A stretch of 64,000 nt of DNA from an uncultured Methanosarcinales archaeon (GTDB lineage: Archaea; Nanobdellota; Nanobdellia; Woesearchaeales; CAYMBN01). A program made the translations under genes and the position numbers. The first letter of the stretch is position 1. Every line of letters begins with the position of its first letter. The stretch is taken from assembly GCA_964388715.1 (NCBI GenBank), contig CAYMBN010000007.1:1-64000 (forward strand), read 5' to 3'. Under the pieces are notes generated by a model. The model was given only the letters and a program-made list of their open reading frames with translations. It made no database searches and had not been told where the DNA came from. Positions 49,289 to 59,105 of the stretch are shown here, one piece after another.

Positions 49289-50083
49289 ATGTCATACTGT
49301 GGTAGTTGTGGATATAGTAATGGTTGTTCAAGTTCTGCTTCTTACTCTTCAATTGATAGCATGGTAAGATATTCTCCACAATATTCTATTGATGATAGTG
49401 TAAGTTATAACATGGTAGAAGCTGCTATCCCAGAGTCACCTATTTTAACCTTAACAGACATTCTACCTAACTCAATGATTTACAATAAAACCAAAGAAAA
49501 TTATAGACAGCTTTACCTTAATAATCAAACAACAAGAATGTATTATACACAAACAAACAATTTCCTGGATTCATCAAGACCAATAACACCATTCATAGGA
49601 AAAATCAGTAAAATTGCACATTATATTAAACAAGCATTCAAACTAACTACAGGAAAAGCATTTCCTAAAGATATTATTATTAGATTAGTTGATGATAAAG
49701 AATTTAACCAACCAAAACAAGTTATAGGCTTTGCAATAAACAAAAAACCTTTTGGAGTAAGTTCAATACTTATAAGAAAAGGCCACTTAGATGAAATAAT
49801 GGTAACAATTGGTCACGAAATTGGCCACGTTCTTACAAAAAAACTTAATAATGAAAAAGATGAAGAAGCAAAAGCATTTGCATTCAGCATTGCCTGGCTA
49901 AAGACAATCAAAGAACATAACATTGCCAACCTATCAAAATCAATAAACCTACAAAAACCTGCCCAAAACGGAATCCACAATATTGCACTAAACTTTGTAA
50001 GAAAACTAATCAACCAGGGCAAGACTGCATTTGAGATTTATTCAGAAATCATCAGTGGTATGAGAAGTTGCTCAGCTAATTAA
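49289..50083 (+). CDS. Zincin-like metallopeptidase with a Cys/Ser/Tyr-rich N-terminus
   Basis: TIGHEIGHVL...DEEAKAFAF. N-terminus MSYCGSCGYSNGC. Confidence 0.7.
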   Translation: MSYCGSCGYSNGCSSSASYSSIDSMVRYSPQYSIDDSVSYNMVEAAIPESPILTLTDILPNSMIYNKTKENYRQLYLNNQTTRMYYTQTNNFLDSSRPITPFIGKISKIAHYIKQAFKLTTGKAFPKDIIIRLVDDKEFNQPKQVIGFAINKKPFGVSSILIRKGHLDEIMVTIGHEIGHVLTKKLNNEKDEEAKAFAFSIAWLKTIKEHNIANLSKSINLQKPAQNGIHNIALNFVRKLINQGKTAFEIYSEIISGMRSCSAN

Positions 50084-50123
50084 CTTATTTCTTAAAAAAA
50101 TAAAATAAAAAAAATTAAAAAAC

Positions 50124-50306
50124 TTATTTTGGATGGAACATCATCAATAATCCTTTTAGTGCAAATATTGCTCCTACAAACATCCACCATTCAAGGAATT
50201 TAAAATGTGCATTAAGCATAATTAATATTCCTAAAACCAAGAACTTCATACCAAAACACATTGGGTTACCACAACACATACCAGCTTCTTTTTTCTTTGT
50301 TACCAT
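50124..50306 (-). CDS. Small two-TM membrane protein
   Basis: 60 aa with two hydrophobic segments and a GAGGTGA RBS. Confidence 0.7.
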   Translation of the reverse strand: MVTKKKEAGMCCGNPMCFGMKFLVLGILIMLNAHFKFLEWWMFVGAIFALKGLLMMFHPK

Positions 50307-50413
50307 TAATAATCACCTCTTTAATAACCCATAAATAATTCACATATTTAAACCTTTCTAACCACTAACATTTATATATAATAACAACATAAACATCTAA
50401 AAAGAGGGTTTTA

Positions 50414-53400
50414 ATGAAAAGATGGGTGTTTTTTCTAATATTTGTATTGATTTTAGCAACTGTTAGTGCTACAGACTCTGTAGATGATGTAGTTAACACT
50501 ATTACAAAACACGCAGAAGATTATGAAGCAGGAAAAATTTCACTTGCACAATTATCTGTTTACAAAAACAGTGTAAGATCAGATTTCTTTGAAGTTCTTG
50601 GTGTTAATGAAGAAGAATTTAGATGGGGTAATGAAACCCAACAACAAATAGTAGAAAAAGCAATACAAAGATTCTTTGGTGAACCATTTGAAAAAACCAA
50701 TTGGGCATGGAATATTAATGAGGATCGTGAAGAAAAACTTGACGAATCAGTACCTGCTTGGAGAAAGATAATCTTTGACGGCAAAAAAGTACAGATTACT
50801 TTTAATGCATGGCCAGAAATCTTATACAAAAAAGGTAAAAAACAAATATTTTATTGGCCTGGTTTTGAAGTAAGATTTAAACAACAATTTGATTTTGATA
50901 TTGATAAGTTAATATCTTCTATCAAAGAAACTGCAACAATATACAGTACACAAGGTCAAAAATCAGACCTTCTTATTGATCAAATAATTAGCACAGAAAA
51001 CCTATTAAACAATTATCTCCAACAAAACAGATTTAATTGTATAAGTGCAATGGAAACAATCTTTGACAAAACCGAAAAAGCACAAAAAGAATCTCTTACA
51101 AAATGGAGAGTTTATCCTTATTCTGGAGAAGATTTTGATTTATGGCTTGAACTAAACACATGTAATTCATGTGAATGGCCTTGGATTAATTTTTGGATAG
51201 AAGTTGAATCACACAGAATGTTTAGAGGAAAACAAGATATGGACATGGAAAAAATAGATAAGGAAGAACTTAAACACTTATCTATAGATGAATTATATGA
51301 AAAACAAGAAAAATTAATTGATGAATTAGTAAAAGAAGCAGAAAAACTTGATAGAACAGGCCATAGCAGATTATTTGAAATATTACCAAGAAACAGACAC
51401 ATGATTGAAACAATTTCTTGGGCAATGGACGAAATTTTCTATGATAGAAAAGAACCAGAAGAAAGACAAATTATTTATGAAGAAAGAATTGAAAGATTAG
51501 AAGAAATGTTTTCTGAATATGGTAAGATTGAGAAAACCCCTGTTACTAATAATCGATATGAAAAAAGACTTGTTGAAAATCTAGAAGAAAATCAACATAG
51601 TTGGTGCCAACATGTTAATGATATCCCATGTGGAGCTGATGAAGGCTGTGTTAATGGAGAATGTATTTATGCAAAAGGCGGTGAAGAAGATTGTAGAAAT
51701 AACATGGATGATGATGGTGATAATGTAGTAGATTGTAATGATCCTGATTGTTTTGAACACAAAGATTGTGGCAAAATGTGTGAACCTATTTGTAACAAGC
51801 CAGGCGGTTGCTGGCAAACTAATGATAAATTATGTAGACCTGTTTGTGAAGATTGCTGGGGATGTTATGAATCAGGTAAAAGTAATGAAGAATGTGATGC
51901 AATCTGCCAAGAAAAATGTTGGCCTTGCAGTGACAGTGATGAAATAAAACAAGCATGTAATGATTGTTGGAATTGTGAAGATGAAGCATATGGTGGTTGT
52001 AGAAAAGTATGTGAACCATGTAATGAATGTTCAAAAAAAGATGGCGAAGACTGTAGTGGAGAATGTAAAGAATGTAGTTTATGTAACTATGAAAATGGAG
52101 ATTTCCAATGTAATGAAAATCAAGTATTCTCAGAAGAAGAAGCTTATTGTATGTGTGAAGAAGGATTTTATGATTGTGATGAAAATTGGAACAATGGTTG
52201 TGAATCAGATTTCCATTGTGGTGTAAAAAGAGGAAAGTGCAAACCAGAATGTAATGTATATTATGATTGTATGGATGATTGTAAAGATGCTATTAAAGAA
52301 TCATGCGACAAACATTGTGAAGGTGTCACAGAATTTGATAGCTGTCATGATATATGCATGGATACAACAGAAGAAAAAACAGATTGCAGAGGAATTTGTT
52401 TTAAAGGCGCTTCACAACATTGCCAAGTATGTAAAAAAGCCAAACCAAGAAAACAAACACAACTTGAGAAATGTATTAAATTATGTTCAGGAGATGTTGA
52501 ATGTAAAAAAGCATGTGAACTTGAAGACAGAAATCGTTGTTTAGTTGGTTGTGGTGATGATGAAGATTGTAAAGTAGCTTGTATTGGTAAAGAAGGAGTT
52601 TATTTCTGTGATGGTAAAAAACAAAGAGTTCCTTGTGAAGATGAATATACATACATTTGTAATGGTGTAAAATCCTATAAACCATGTAAATTAAATTACT
52701 ATGTATGTAATGGTAAAAGACAAGATACACCTTGTGAAGGAATAACTGAGTGTGAAATGTATCAGTATTATAATGAAGATGAAAAAAGTTGTAGATGTAT
52801 TCCAGGCCATTATGATTGTGATGGTGATGGTGACTGTGATTATACACAAAAATGTAAAGGAGACATGGAAGTTTGTGATGATAACAAAGACAACGATGGA
52901 GACTTTATGGTAGATTGTAATGATATGCTTGACTGTAGTGATGGTACTGCTTGTGGCGACAATAAATATTGCAACAATGGAGAATGTATAGAAGGACAGT
53001 TTTGTATGCTTTACTGCGGAACATGTTCAGAACTAGACTATCAAGGCTGCCAATGTAAAGTAATTGAAAACTGTTGTGGTAATGGTATTTGCGAAGAAGA
53101 TGAAACATGTCCAGAAGATTGTGAATTCCAATGTATGAGTGACTCTGATTGTGAACAACCAAAATGTGGTTATTCTGAATGTATTGAATCTGAATGTTTA
53201 ACTGTTGTACAGGAATGTAAAATTTGTGAAGACGGTGAAACAAAAACAGAACAATGTGGTAAAGACATCATTGTTACAGAAAAATGTGAAAAAAATCAAT
53301 GGACTAAAACAGGAGAAGAATGTATAACATGTAGTGATGGAGAAGCAAAAGAAGCAATATGTTTAGATGGAAGCATGATCGCAGTTGAAATATGTAAAGA

Positions 53401-55993
53401 TGGTCAGTGGATTGCACAAGAAATTGAATGTCCTATTGTAGAATGTATTGATGGAGAAACACAAACAACTGATTGTCCTGATGATTCTGTAATAATAACA
53501 GCAGAATGTGTTGAAAATACATGGATCTTAACTGAAAATGAATGTGGCCAAGAATGCCATGAAGAAGAAATAATTGAAAAAACATGTAAAGATGAGCTGT
53601 CAATCATAGTTGCAACCTGTGTAGACAATCAATGGGTTGAAACCAATAATAAATGTTTAGATGATTATGGTGTTGTATGTGAAGATGAAGAAACAAGACA
53701 AAAAGAATGTCCTGATGATTCTATCATTGAAGTTGAAAAATGTGAAAATAACGCATGGGTTCGTTTAGATACTCAATGTCCTGAAGTTGGAGTTGTATGT
53801 GAAGAAGGAGAAAAACAAGAAGAACAATGTCCAGACGGTTCTACTATTCTTACTGCAACATGTTCTAATAATGAATGGCACTATACACTAGTTGCCTGTC
53901 CAATTGAAGAAGAAACAGAATGTAAACTTGTTTCAGACTGTGGCCAAGATGAAGTTTGTTCAAATGGTGAATGTGTATATATTGAACCTGTTGAAGAAGA
54001 GGAAGAAGAAATAATTCCTTTACCTCCAGGAATAGAAGAAGAGGAGGAAGAGGAAGAACCTGAACAAGAACAACAACCAGAACCAGAAATTGAGGAAGAA
54101 GAAGAGATTATTGAAGAACCTCAACCTGAAGTTGAGGAAAGTGAACCAGAAGAACAAGAAGTAGAGGAAGAGGAAACTCAAGAGCAAGAACCAGAACCGC
54201 AAGAAGAAGAGGAGCCAGAACCTGTTGTTGAGGAAGAACCTGAACCAACTCCAGAGCCTGAACCAGAACAACAAAATACAGAACCTGAAATAACTGGTAA
54301 TGCTATAACAGCTTACGTTGTTGCAACTGGCATGGCTACTGCTAATAAAGAATGTCGTGATGATAATCATTGTGATCAAAATCAATTCTGTTGGAGAGAA
54401 TCTACTTGGGGTCATGAAGACCATCAAGGTATTTGCGCACCAGAAGGATGTTCAAGTGATGAAGATTGTCCTGATCCTAAAACACAACATTGTTGGGATA
54501 ATGGATGTCATTGTAATAGATATGATAAACATTTTGACTGTGATAAAGACTATTCTAATGGATGTGAATCAACTGATGTAACTTGTGGCGGAACAGTTGA
54601 TGCATGCGCTGTTCAAGAATGTGACAAACCAAACCAATGGTGTAATCCTGAAAGAGGAGATTGTGAATGTAAAGAAGGATTTTATGAATGTAATGGTGAT
54701 TGGGAAGACGGTTGCGAAAGCACTTCTGAATGTGACGGTTGTAAAAGTAGTGATGAATGTGCCAAACCAAGATGTGCTGAACATGATAACATACTTTACG
54801 AATTCGCATGTGTAAAAAGCGAACCATGGGTTGAAGAAAGGGGAATGTTCATGTTCACAGGAGGATGTGAAGAAAGTTCAACAGAAACATGGCCACATGT
54901 GCATTTTAACTTCTGGGGAGAACCATTTGACCAATTAAGACCAAAATACGAACAAAAAAGACATCAAAATGAACAAGATTGGTGTGAAAGAGAATTTGAA
55001 CTTTTCAAAAAACAAAGAAAAGAAATTGAAAAATCTATTAATGAAGAATTTATGAATTGGTTCTTTAATATTTATGTTAGAAAAGATTCTGAAAAATGGA
55101 CAAGTCATATAGGAGGAATCTTTGATACTTATTGGATGATTGTTGACAATACAAGAGAAGTGGTAAGAACATTACAATGTATGGGTGAAGATGAATGGCC
55201 AAAAGAATTTGAACCAATTAATATCGAATTTGAAAGTGACTTTGGATATGTTAAACTATGGGAAGAAGAAAAACATATCAAAGAATTTGATAAAATTGAT
55301 ACAATACTTTCACCATACATGCAAATTTGGATCTTCCCTCCTAAAGATTTATTTAGATTTGAAATAGAAAAAGCTTACAAATTAAAGAAATTCCCAGGAC
55401 CACCTGATGAAGAAGGTCCAGGCCCAACTCCAGAAGAAATTGAAGAAATAAGAAACAACCCAGTAATAAGAGAAGAATTTAGAAAAATACTAGATGAATT
55501 TGATGGAAGCATTAAGGTATTGCTTCAAATAGAAGATAACGATGAAATAATTTACAAAGCTTTAGCTACTCTTGATGATGAAGTAATCTTTGATTTAAAA
55601 GTAGGAGAAGACATAACTCTTACAGAAGATGAAACAGATATTACCATGACAATTGACTTAGAATGGTTATATGAAATGGTTAGTACAAGTGAAAAAGACA
55701 TGAGAGGAGAAGAACTTGAAAGCCCACCATGGGACAGAAAACCAAGAATGGGTGCATTCAAGCAAATGGCAGGTAACATTAAGATGGGCTCAAAATTTGT
55801 TGGTGGATTAACAACAGGCAAAGTCAAAGTCAAACCAATGGGAAAAGCATTCAAATTAATGGGTTTCTTTAGAGATATGGATGAATTAAGGCCAGAAGAT
55901 GAAAGAGATAGAAGAGGGGAAGGTGGAGAAGAAGAAAGAGGAGGAAAAAGGGACGAGCAAGATAAAGGAGAAGAAAAGGAAAGAAAAAGATAG
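50414..55993 (+). CDS. 1859-aa secreted protein with large Cys-rich (EGF-like) repeats and a Glu/Pro linker
   Basis: Signal peptide. C-x-C-x-x-G-[FH]-Y-[DE]-C modules, about five CxxGETxxxxCPDxSxIxxxxCxxxxW repeats and an EEEPEP linker at 54000-54290. Confidence 0.8.
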   Translation: MKRWVFFLIFVLILATVSATDSVDDVVNTITKHAEDYEAGKISLAQLSVYKNSVRSDFFEVLGVNEEEFRWGNETQQQIVEKAIQRFFGEPFEKTNWAWNINEDREEKLDESVPAWRKIIFDGKKVQITFNAWPEILYKKGKKQIFYWPGFEVRFKQQFDFDIDKLISSIKETATIYSTQGQKSDLLIDQIISTENLLNNYLQQNRFNCISAMETIFDKTEKAQKESLTKWRVYPYSGEDFDLWLELNTCNSCEWPWINFWIEVESHRMFRGKQDMDMEKIDKEELKHLSIDELYEKQEKLIDELVKEAEKLDRTGHSRLFEILPRNRHMIETISWAMDEIFYDRKEPEERQIIYEERIERLEEMFSEYGKIEKTPVTNNRYEKRLVENLEENQHSWCQHVNDIPCGADEGCVNGECIYAKGGEEDCRNNMDDDGDNVVDCNDPDCFEHKDCGKMCEPICNKPGGCWQTNDKLCRPVCEDCWGCYESGKSNEECDAICQEKCWPCSDSDEIKQACNDCWNCEDEAYGGCRKVCEPCNECSKKDGEDCSGECKECSLCNYENGDFQCNENQVFSEEEAYCMCEEGFYDCDENWNNGCESDFHCGVKRGKCKPECNVYYDCMDDCKDAIKESCDKHCEGVTEFDSCHDICMDTTEEKTDCRGICFKGASQHCQVCKKAKPRKQTQLEKCIKLCSGDVECKKACELEDRNRCLVGCGDDEDCKVACIGKEGVYFCDGKKQRVPCEDEYTYICNGVKSYKPCKLNYYVCNGKRQDTPCEGITECEMYQYYNEDEKSCRCIPGHYDCDGDGDCDYTQKCKGDMEVCDDNKDNDGDFMVDCNDMLDCSDGTACGDNKYCNNGECIEGQFCMLYCGTCSELDYQGCQCKVIENCCGNGICEEDETCPEDCEFQCMSDSDCEQPKCGYSECIESECLTVVQECKICEDGETKTEQCGKDIIVTEKCEKNQWTKTGEECITCSDGEAKEAICLDGSMIAVEICKDGQWIAQEIECPIVECIDGETQTTDCPDDSVIITAECVENTWILTENECGQECHEEEIIEKTCKDELSIIVATCVDNQWVETNNKCLDDYGVVCEDEETRQKECPDDSIIEVEKCENNAWVRLDTQCPEVGVVCEEGEKQEEQCPDGSTILTATCSNNEWHYTLVACPIEEETECKLVSDCGQDEVCSNGECVYIEPVEEEEEEIIPLPPGIEEEEEEEEPEQEQQPEPEIEEEEEIIEEPQPEVEESEPEEQEVEEEETQEQEPEPQEEEEPEPVVEEEPEPTPEPEPEQQNTEPEITGNAITAYVVATGMATANKECRDDNHCDQNQFCWRESTWGHEDHQGICAPEGCSSDEDCPDPKTQHCWDNGCHCNRYDKHFDCDKDYSNGCESTDVTCGGTVDACAVQECDKPNQWCNPERGDCECKEGFYECNGDWEDGCESTSECDGCKSSDECAKPRCAEHDNILYEFACVKSEPWVEERGMFMFTGGCEESSTETWPHVHFNFWGEPFDQLRPKYEQKRHQNEQDWCEREFELFKKQRKEIEKSINEEFMNWFFNIYVRKDSEKWTSHIGGIFDTYWMIVDNTREVVRTLQCMGEDEWPKEFEPINIEFESDFGYVKLWEEEKHIKEFDKIDTILSPYMQIWIFPPKDLFRFEIEKAYKLKKFPGPPDEEGPGPTPEEIEEIRNNPVIREEFRKILDEFDGSIKVLLQIEDNDEIIYKALATLDDEVIFDLKVGEDITLTEDETDITMTIDLEWLYEMVSTSEKDMRGEELESPPWDRKPRMGAFKQMAGNIKMGSKFVGGLTTGKVKVKPMGKAFKLMGFFRDMDELRPEDERDRRGEGGEEERGGKRDEQDKGEEKERKR

Positions 55994-56021
55994 GTTTATA
56001 TATTACTTCTTGATTTTTTAA

Positions 56022-56246
56022 GTGAAAATGCATGTAAAAGAACAAAAACCTATGGTAATTAAAGCAATCGAAGATACCCTTGATAATGTTGAAAATTTAA
56101 TTGATCCACTAGCTGAAGGATATATAGCTCTAATAAAAAAATTTGATGAATTAGCCTATAAAAGTTGTAAAATTCAACCATACCTTGCAAATAATGAATT
56201 AATTCTTTTTGCTACTTGTGCTTGTTCTCACTATTTAACCTTATGA
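56022..56246 (+). CDS. Small hypothetical protein
   Basis: 74-aa ORF downstream of a TTTATATA box. Confidence 0.45.
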   Translation: MKMHVKEQKPMVIKAIEDTLDNVENLIDPLAEGYIALIKKFDELAYKSCKIQPYLANNELILFATCACSHYLTL

Positions 56247-56334
56247 CTTTTTTGTCGCACTTTTAACCACTTCCTCCCAGATTTCTTTAAATAAAATAAA
56301 GTCTTTATAGACCATAGTAGATTTAAATGTCACA
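56242..56334 (+). promoter_or_regulatory. Promoter with paired palindromic operators (copy 2)
   Basis: TATGAC-N6-GTCGCA (56242-59), GTCTTTATAG (56301) and GTAGAT-N6-GTCACA (56317-34). Spacing is identical to copy 1. Confidence 0.65.
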
Positions 56335-56336
56335 AG

Positions 56337-56567
56337 TTGATAAAAATGGGCACACAAGAACAAATAGCAAATGATGTAATGTATAGAAGTATGAATTATA
56401 TAAAAGAACCACATCCTTCATATTCAATGCAAGGCCCACAAGCAATTTACAAGGAACAAAAAGGATATGATCCAGTTAAAAAAGCAACAGATAAAACTAA
56501 CATGGCTGCCCAATACATAGCTGAACAGTTTTTCAAGTCACCTGGGGCAAAATATTTAAAACATTAA
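56337..56567 (+). CDS. Small hypothetical protein
   Basis: 76-aa ORF (likely start at MGTQEQ) immediately after the operator/promoter. Confidence 0.6.
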   Translation: MIKMGTQEQIANDVMYRSMNYIKEPHPSYSMQGPQAIYKEQKGYDPVKKATDKTNMAAQYIAEQFFKSPGAKYLKH

Positions 56568-56582
56568 CTAATTCTTTACATT

Positions 56583-57425
56583 ATGATACAAGAACTTAAA
56601 CAAATATTCCAATCATTAACAAAATCACTTGAAATTCTTTATTTAATAGAAGATGTAAAACCCTGTGCAAGAATCATGGTTCATGAAGATAAACTCGAGC
56701 AAATTAAACAATTTCTTCAAACTAAAGGATTATACTTTACTTTATCTGATTTTAAAGTTATCAAAGAAGAAAATGCAAGATATTCTAACAAAGGTAAAAG
56801 AGTTCCAGTAGAATCAGAAGAAAAAGGATATTATTTTATGTACATTTCAAAAGAACAAAGCAAAACAGAACAAGCAAAACAACTTGAAGCACAAAAAAAA
56901 CACAAAGAACTAGGTATTTTACTTGGTTATCCAGAATGTTGCTCAGAATTCTTCCAAAAACATAGTCAAAACCAAGAAAAAACAACCAATGATTACATTT
57001 TACCAGCTTACAACAACAGTCAAGGTTATAAATTTCCATTCCACAATAACATAATAGCAAGATACTTTGATTATACTCTTCTTAATCACTTCCCTTGCAA
57101 TTTCAACTGTAACAAATCAATTGAACTTGCAAAAAAACATCTTGAAATAATTCAAAAACATAATCCACAACTTGTAAATGAAATACAAAAAATTCTAAAA
57201 TCAGTTGCACTTTTCACAGAATACTCAGGAAAATACCTTTTCTTAAACCCAGAATTCACAAAAAACGTAATTCTATTTAAAAATATTTTAGCAACAGCAA
57301 AAGGTAGAGTCTTTTATGATTTAGAAGAACAAAAAGAGTTTGAGATCATTGGAGAACACCATATTAAGATTGGCTTTGACAAGAATCTAACATGTGAAGA
57401 TTTATGTGTTTTTGTGTTTGAGTAA
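56583..57425 (+). CDS. DUF483-like protein
   Basis: VKPCARI, LGILLGYPECCSEFF, HFPCNFNCNKS. Confidence 0.7.
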   Translation: MIQELKQIFQSLTKSLEILYLIEDVKPCARIMVHEDKLEQIKQFLQTKGLYFTLSDFKVIKEENARYSNKGKRVPVESEEKGYYFMYISKEQSKTEQAKQLEAQKKHKELGILLGYPECCSEFFQKHSQNQEKTTNDYILPAYNNSQGYKFPFHNNIIARYFDYTLLNHFPCNFNCNKSIELAKKHLEIIQKHNPQLVNEIQKILKSVALFTEYSGKYLFLNPEFTKNVILFKNILATAKGRVFYDLEEQKEFEIIGEHHIKIGFDKNLTCEDLCVFVFE

Positions 57426-57431
57426 AATTGT

Positions 57432-59105
57432 TTAATCCTTCTTATCTCTATAACTTGTATGTAACAATTCCTTTGACATTTTTCCCAAAGGTTTTCCCAA
57501 GAATTCATCATATAATTGTATTATTGCAGGATTCTTATGAGACCTTCTTATTTTCATTATTTTATCTTGCTTATATATTGCTTGCCTTCTCTTTTTAATA
57601 ATTTCATTAGTTGTTGGCCTTGGTTGACCTCCTCCTCCAATACAACCTCCAGGACAAGCCATTATCTCAATAAAATGATATTTACTTTTACCTTGTTTTA
57701 ACTCTTCCAAAACATAGCGTGCATTCCTTAAACCATTTACAACAGCAACATTCAACTTAAGACCATCAATTTTAATAGTTGCTTCTTTTATACCAGTACT
57801 ATTACGCACTTCATTAAAATCAATCTTATCATATTCTTTACCAGTTATCACATAATAAGCTGTTCTTAATGCAGCCTCCATCACCCCACCTGTTGTACCA
57901 AATATTGCAGCACCACCAGAACTCATACCAAGTGGTTGATCAAATTCCTCCTCATCACATTTAGACAAATCAATCCCTTGCTGTTTCATTAACCTAGATG
58001 TTTCCCTTGTTGTTAAAACATAGTCAACATCACCTTTTAACTCCTTTCTATTTGCTTCATACTTCTTAGCAGTACAAGGCATAATACTCACGACAACAAT
58101 ATTTTTAGGATCAATACTTTGCTTTTCAGCATAATAAGTTTTAACAATCGCACCAAACATCTGATGAGGTGACTTACAACTAGAAAGATGTTTCAACAAT
58201 TCAGGATAAAACTTTTCAATAAAATTAATCCAACCAGGAGAACATGAAGTTATCATTGGAAGAATATCTTTTTTCTTAATCCTTTCAACTAATTCATTAG
58301 CCTCTTCTATTATTGTTAAGTCAGCACCAAAATCAGTATCAAACACCATATCAAAACCAAGTTTTCTTAGAGCAGTAACCATTTTTTTTGTAACCAAACT
58401 TCCTGGCTCCATCTCAAACTCTTCACCAATTGATGCTCTTACAGCAGGCGCTGTCTGCACAACAACATGTTTTGTTTTATCCTTAAGCACTTTTTTAACA
58501 TCCTCAATATTATTAGTTTCACTTATTGCATTAGTTGGACACACTAAACTACACTGACCACAACTAACACAAACAGTATCAGATATTTTATGATCAAAGT
58601 AAGTACCAACTTCTAATGCATTACCTCGTCCTTGAAAACAAATTGCATTAACACCTTGCACATCCCTACACTTTGCAACACACTTACCACATAAAATACA
58701 TTTTGAAGGATCTCTTGTAATTGCATATGCAGAATCATCAACCTTTTTAGGTGGCTCAGGTTGAAACCTTAACTCTTTAAGATCATGCATATCCCTAAGT
58801 TGATGTAGTCGATTAAATTCACACTCTCTTTGATAATTTGAAGCCAATAATTCAAGATTCAATCTTCGAGCTTTCATAACCTTGTCAGTGTTTGTTTTTA
58901 TTATCATTCTTTCTGCAACTTTATTATCACAAGAAGTCATCAATTTTCCATTAACTTCAACAAGGCAAACTCTACACCTTCCTTTTACCTCAAGATCAGG
59001 ATGAAAACATAATGTAGGTATCTCAATTCCAATCCTCCTAACAGCTTCCCAAATACTTATTCCTTTCTCAACCTTAACCTTTTTTCCATCAATTATTACT
59101 TGCAT
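57432..59105 (-). CDS. hydA: [FeFe]-hydrogenase catalytic subunit (group A, trimeric type)
   Basis: H-cluster motifs TSCSPGW, MPCTAKKYE and EIMACPGGCIGGGGQP. N-terminal [2Fe-2S] (IPTLC...CRVC...SC) and 2x[4Fe-4S] (CILCGKC, CVSCGQC). Confidence 0.95.
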   Translation of the reverse strand: MQVIIDGKKVKVEKGISIWEAVRRIGIEIPTLCFHPDLEVKGRCRVCLVEVNGKLMTSCDNKVAERMIIKTNTDKVMKARRLNLELLASNYQRECEFNRLHQLRDMHDLKELRFQPEPPKKVDDSAYAITRDPSKCILCGKCVAKCRDVQGVNAICFQGRGNALEVGTYFDHKISDTVCVSCGQCSLVCPTNAISETNNIEDVKKVLKDKTKHVVVQTAPAVRASIGEEFEMEPGSLVTKKMVTALRKLGFDMVFDTDFGADLTIIEEANELVERIKKKDILPMITSCSPGWINFIEKFYPELLKHLSSCKSPHQMFGAIVKTYYAEKQSIDPKNIVVVSIMPCTAKKYEANRKELKGDVDYVLTTRETSRLMKQQGIDLSKCDEEEFDQPLGMSSGGAAIFGTTGGVMEAALRTAYYVITGKEYDKIDFNEVRNSTGIKEATIKIDGLKLNVAVVNGLRNARYVLEELKQGKSKYHFIEIMACPGGCIGGGGQPRPTTNEIIKKRRQAIYKQDKIMKIRRSHKNPAIIQLYDEFLGKPLGKMSKELLHTSYRDKKD

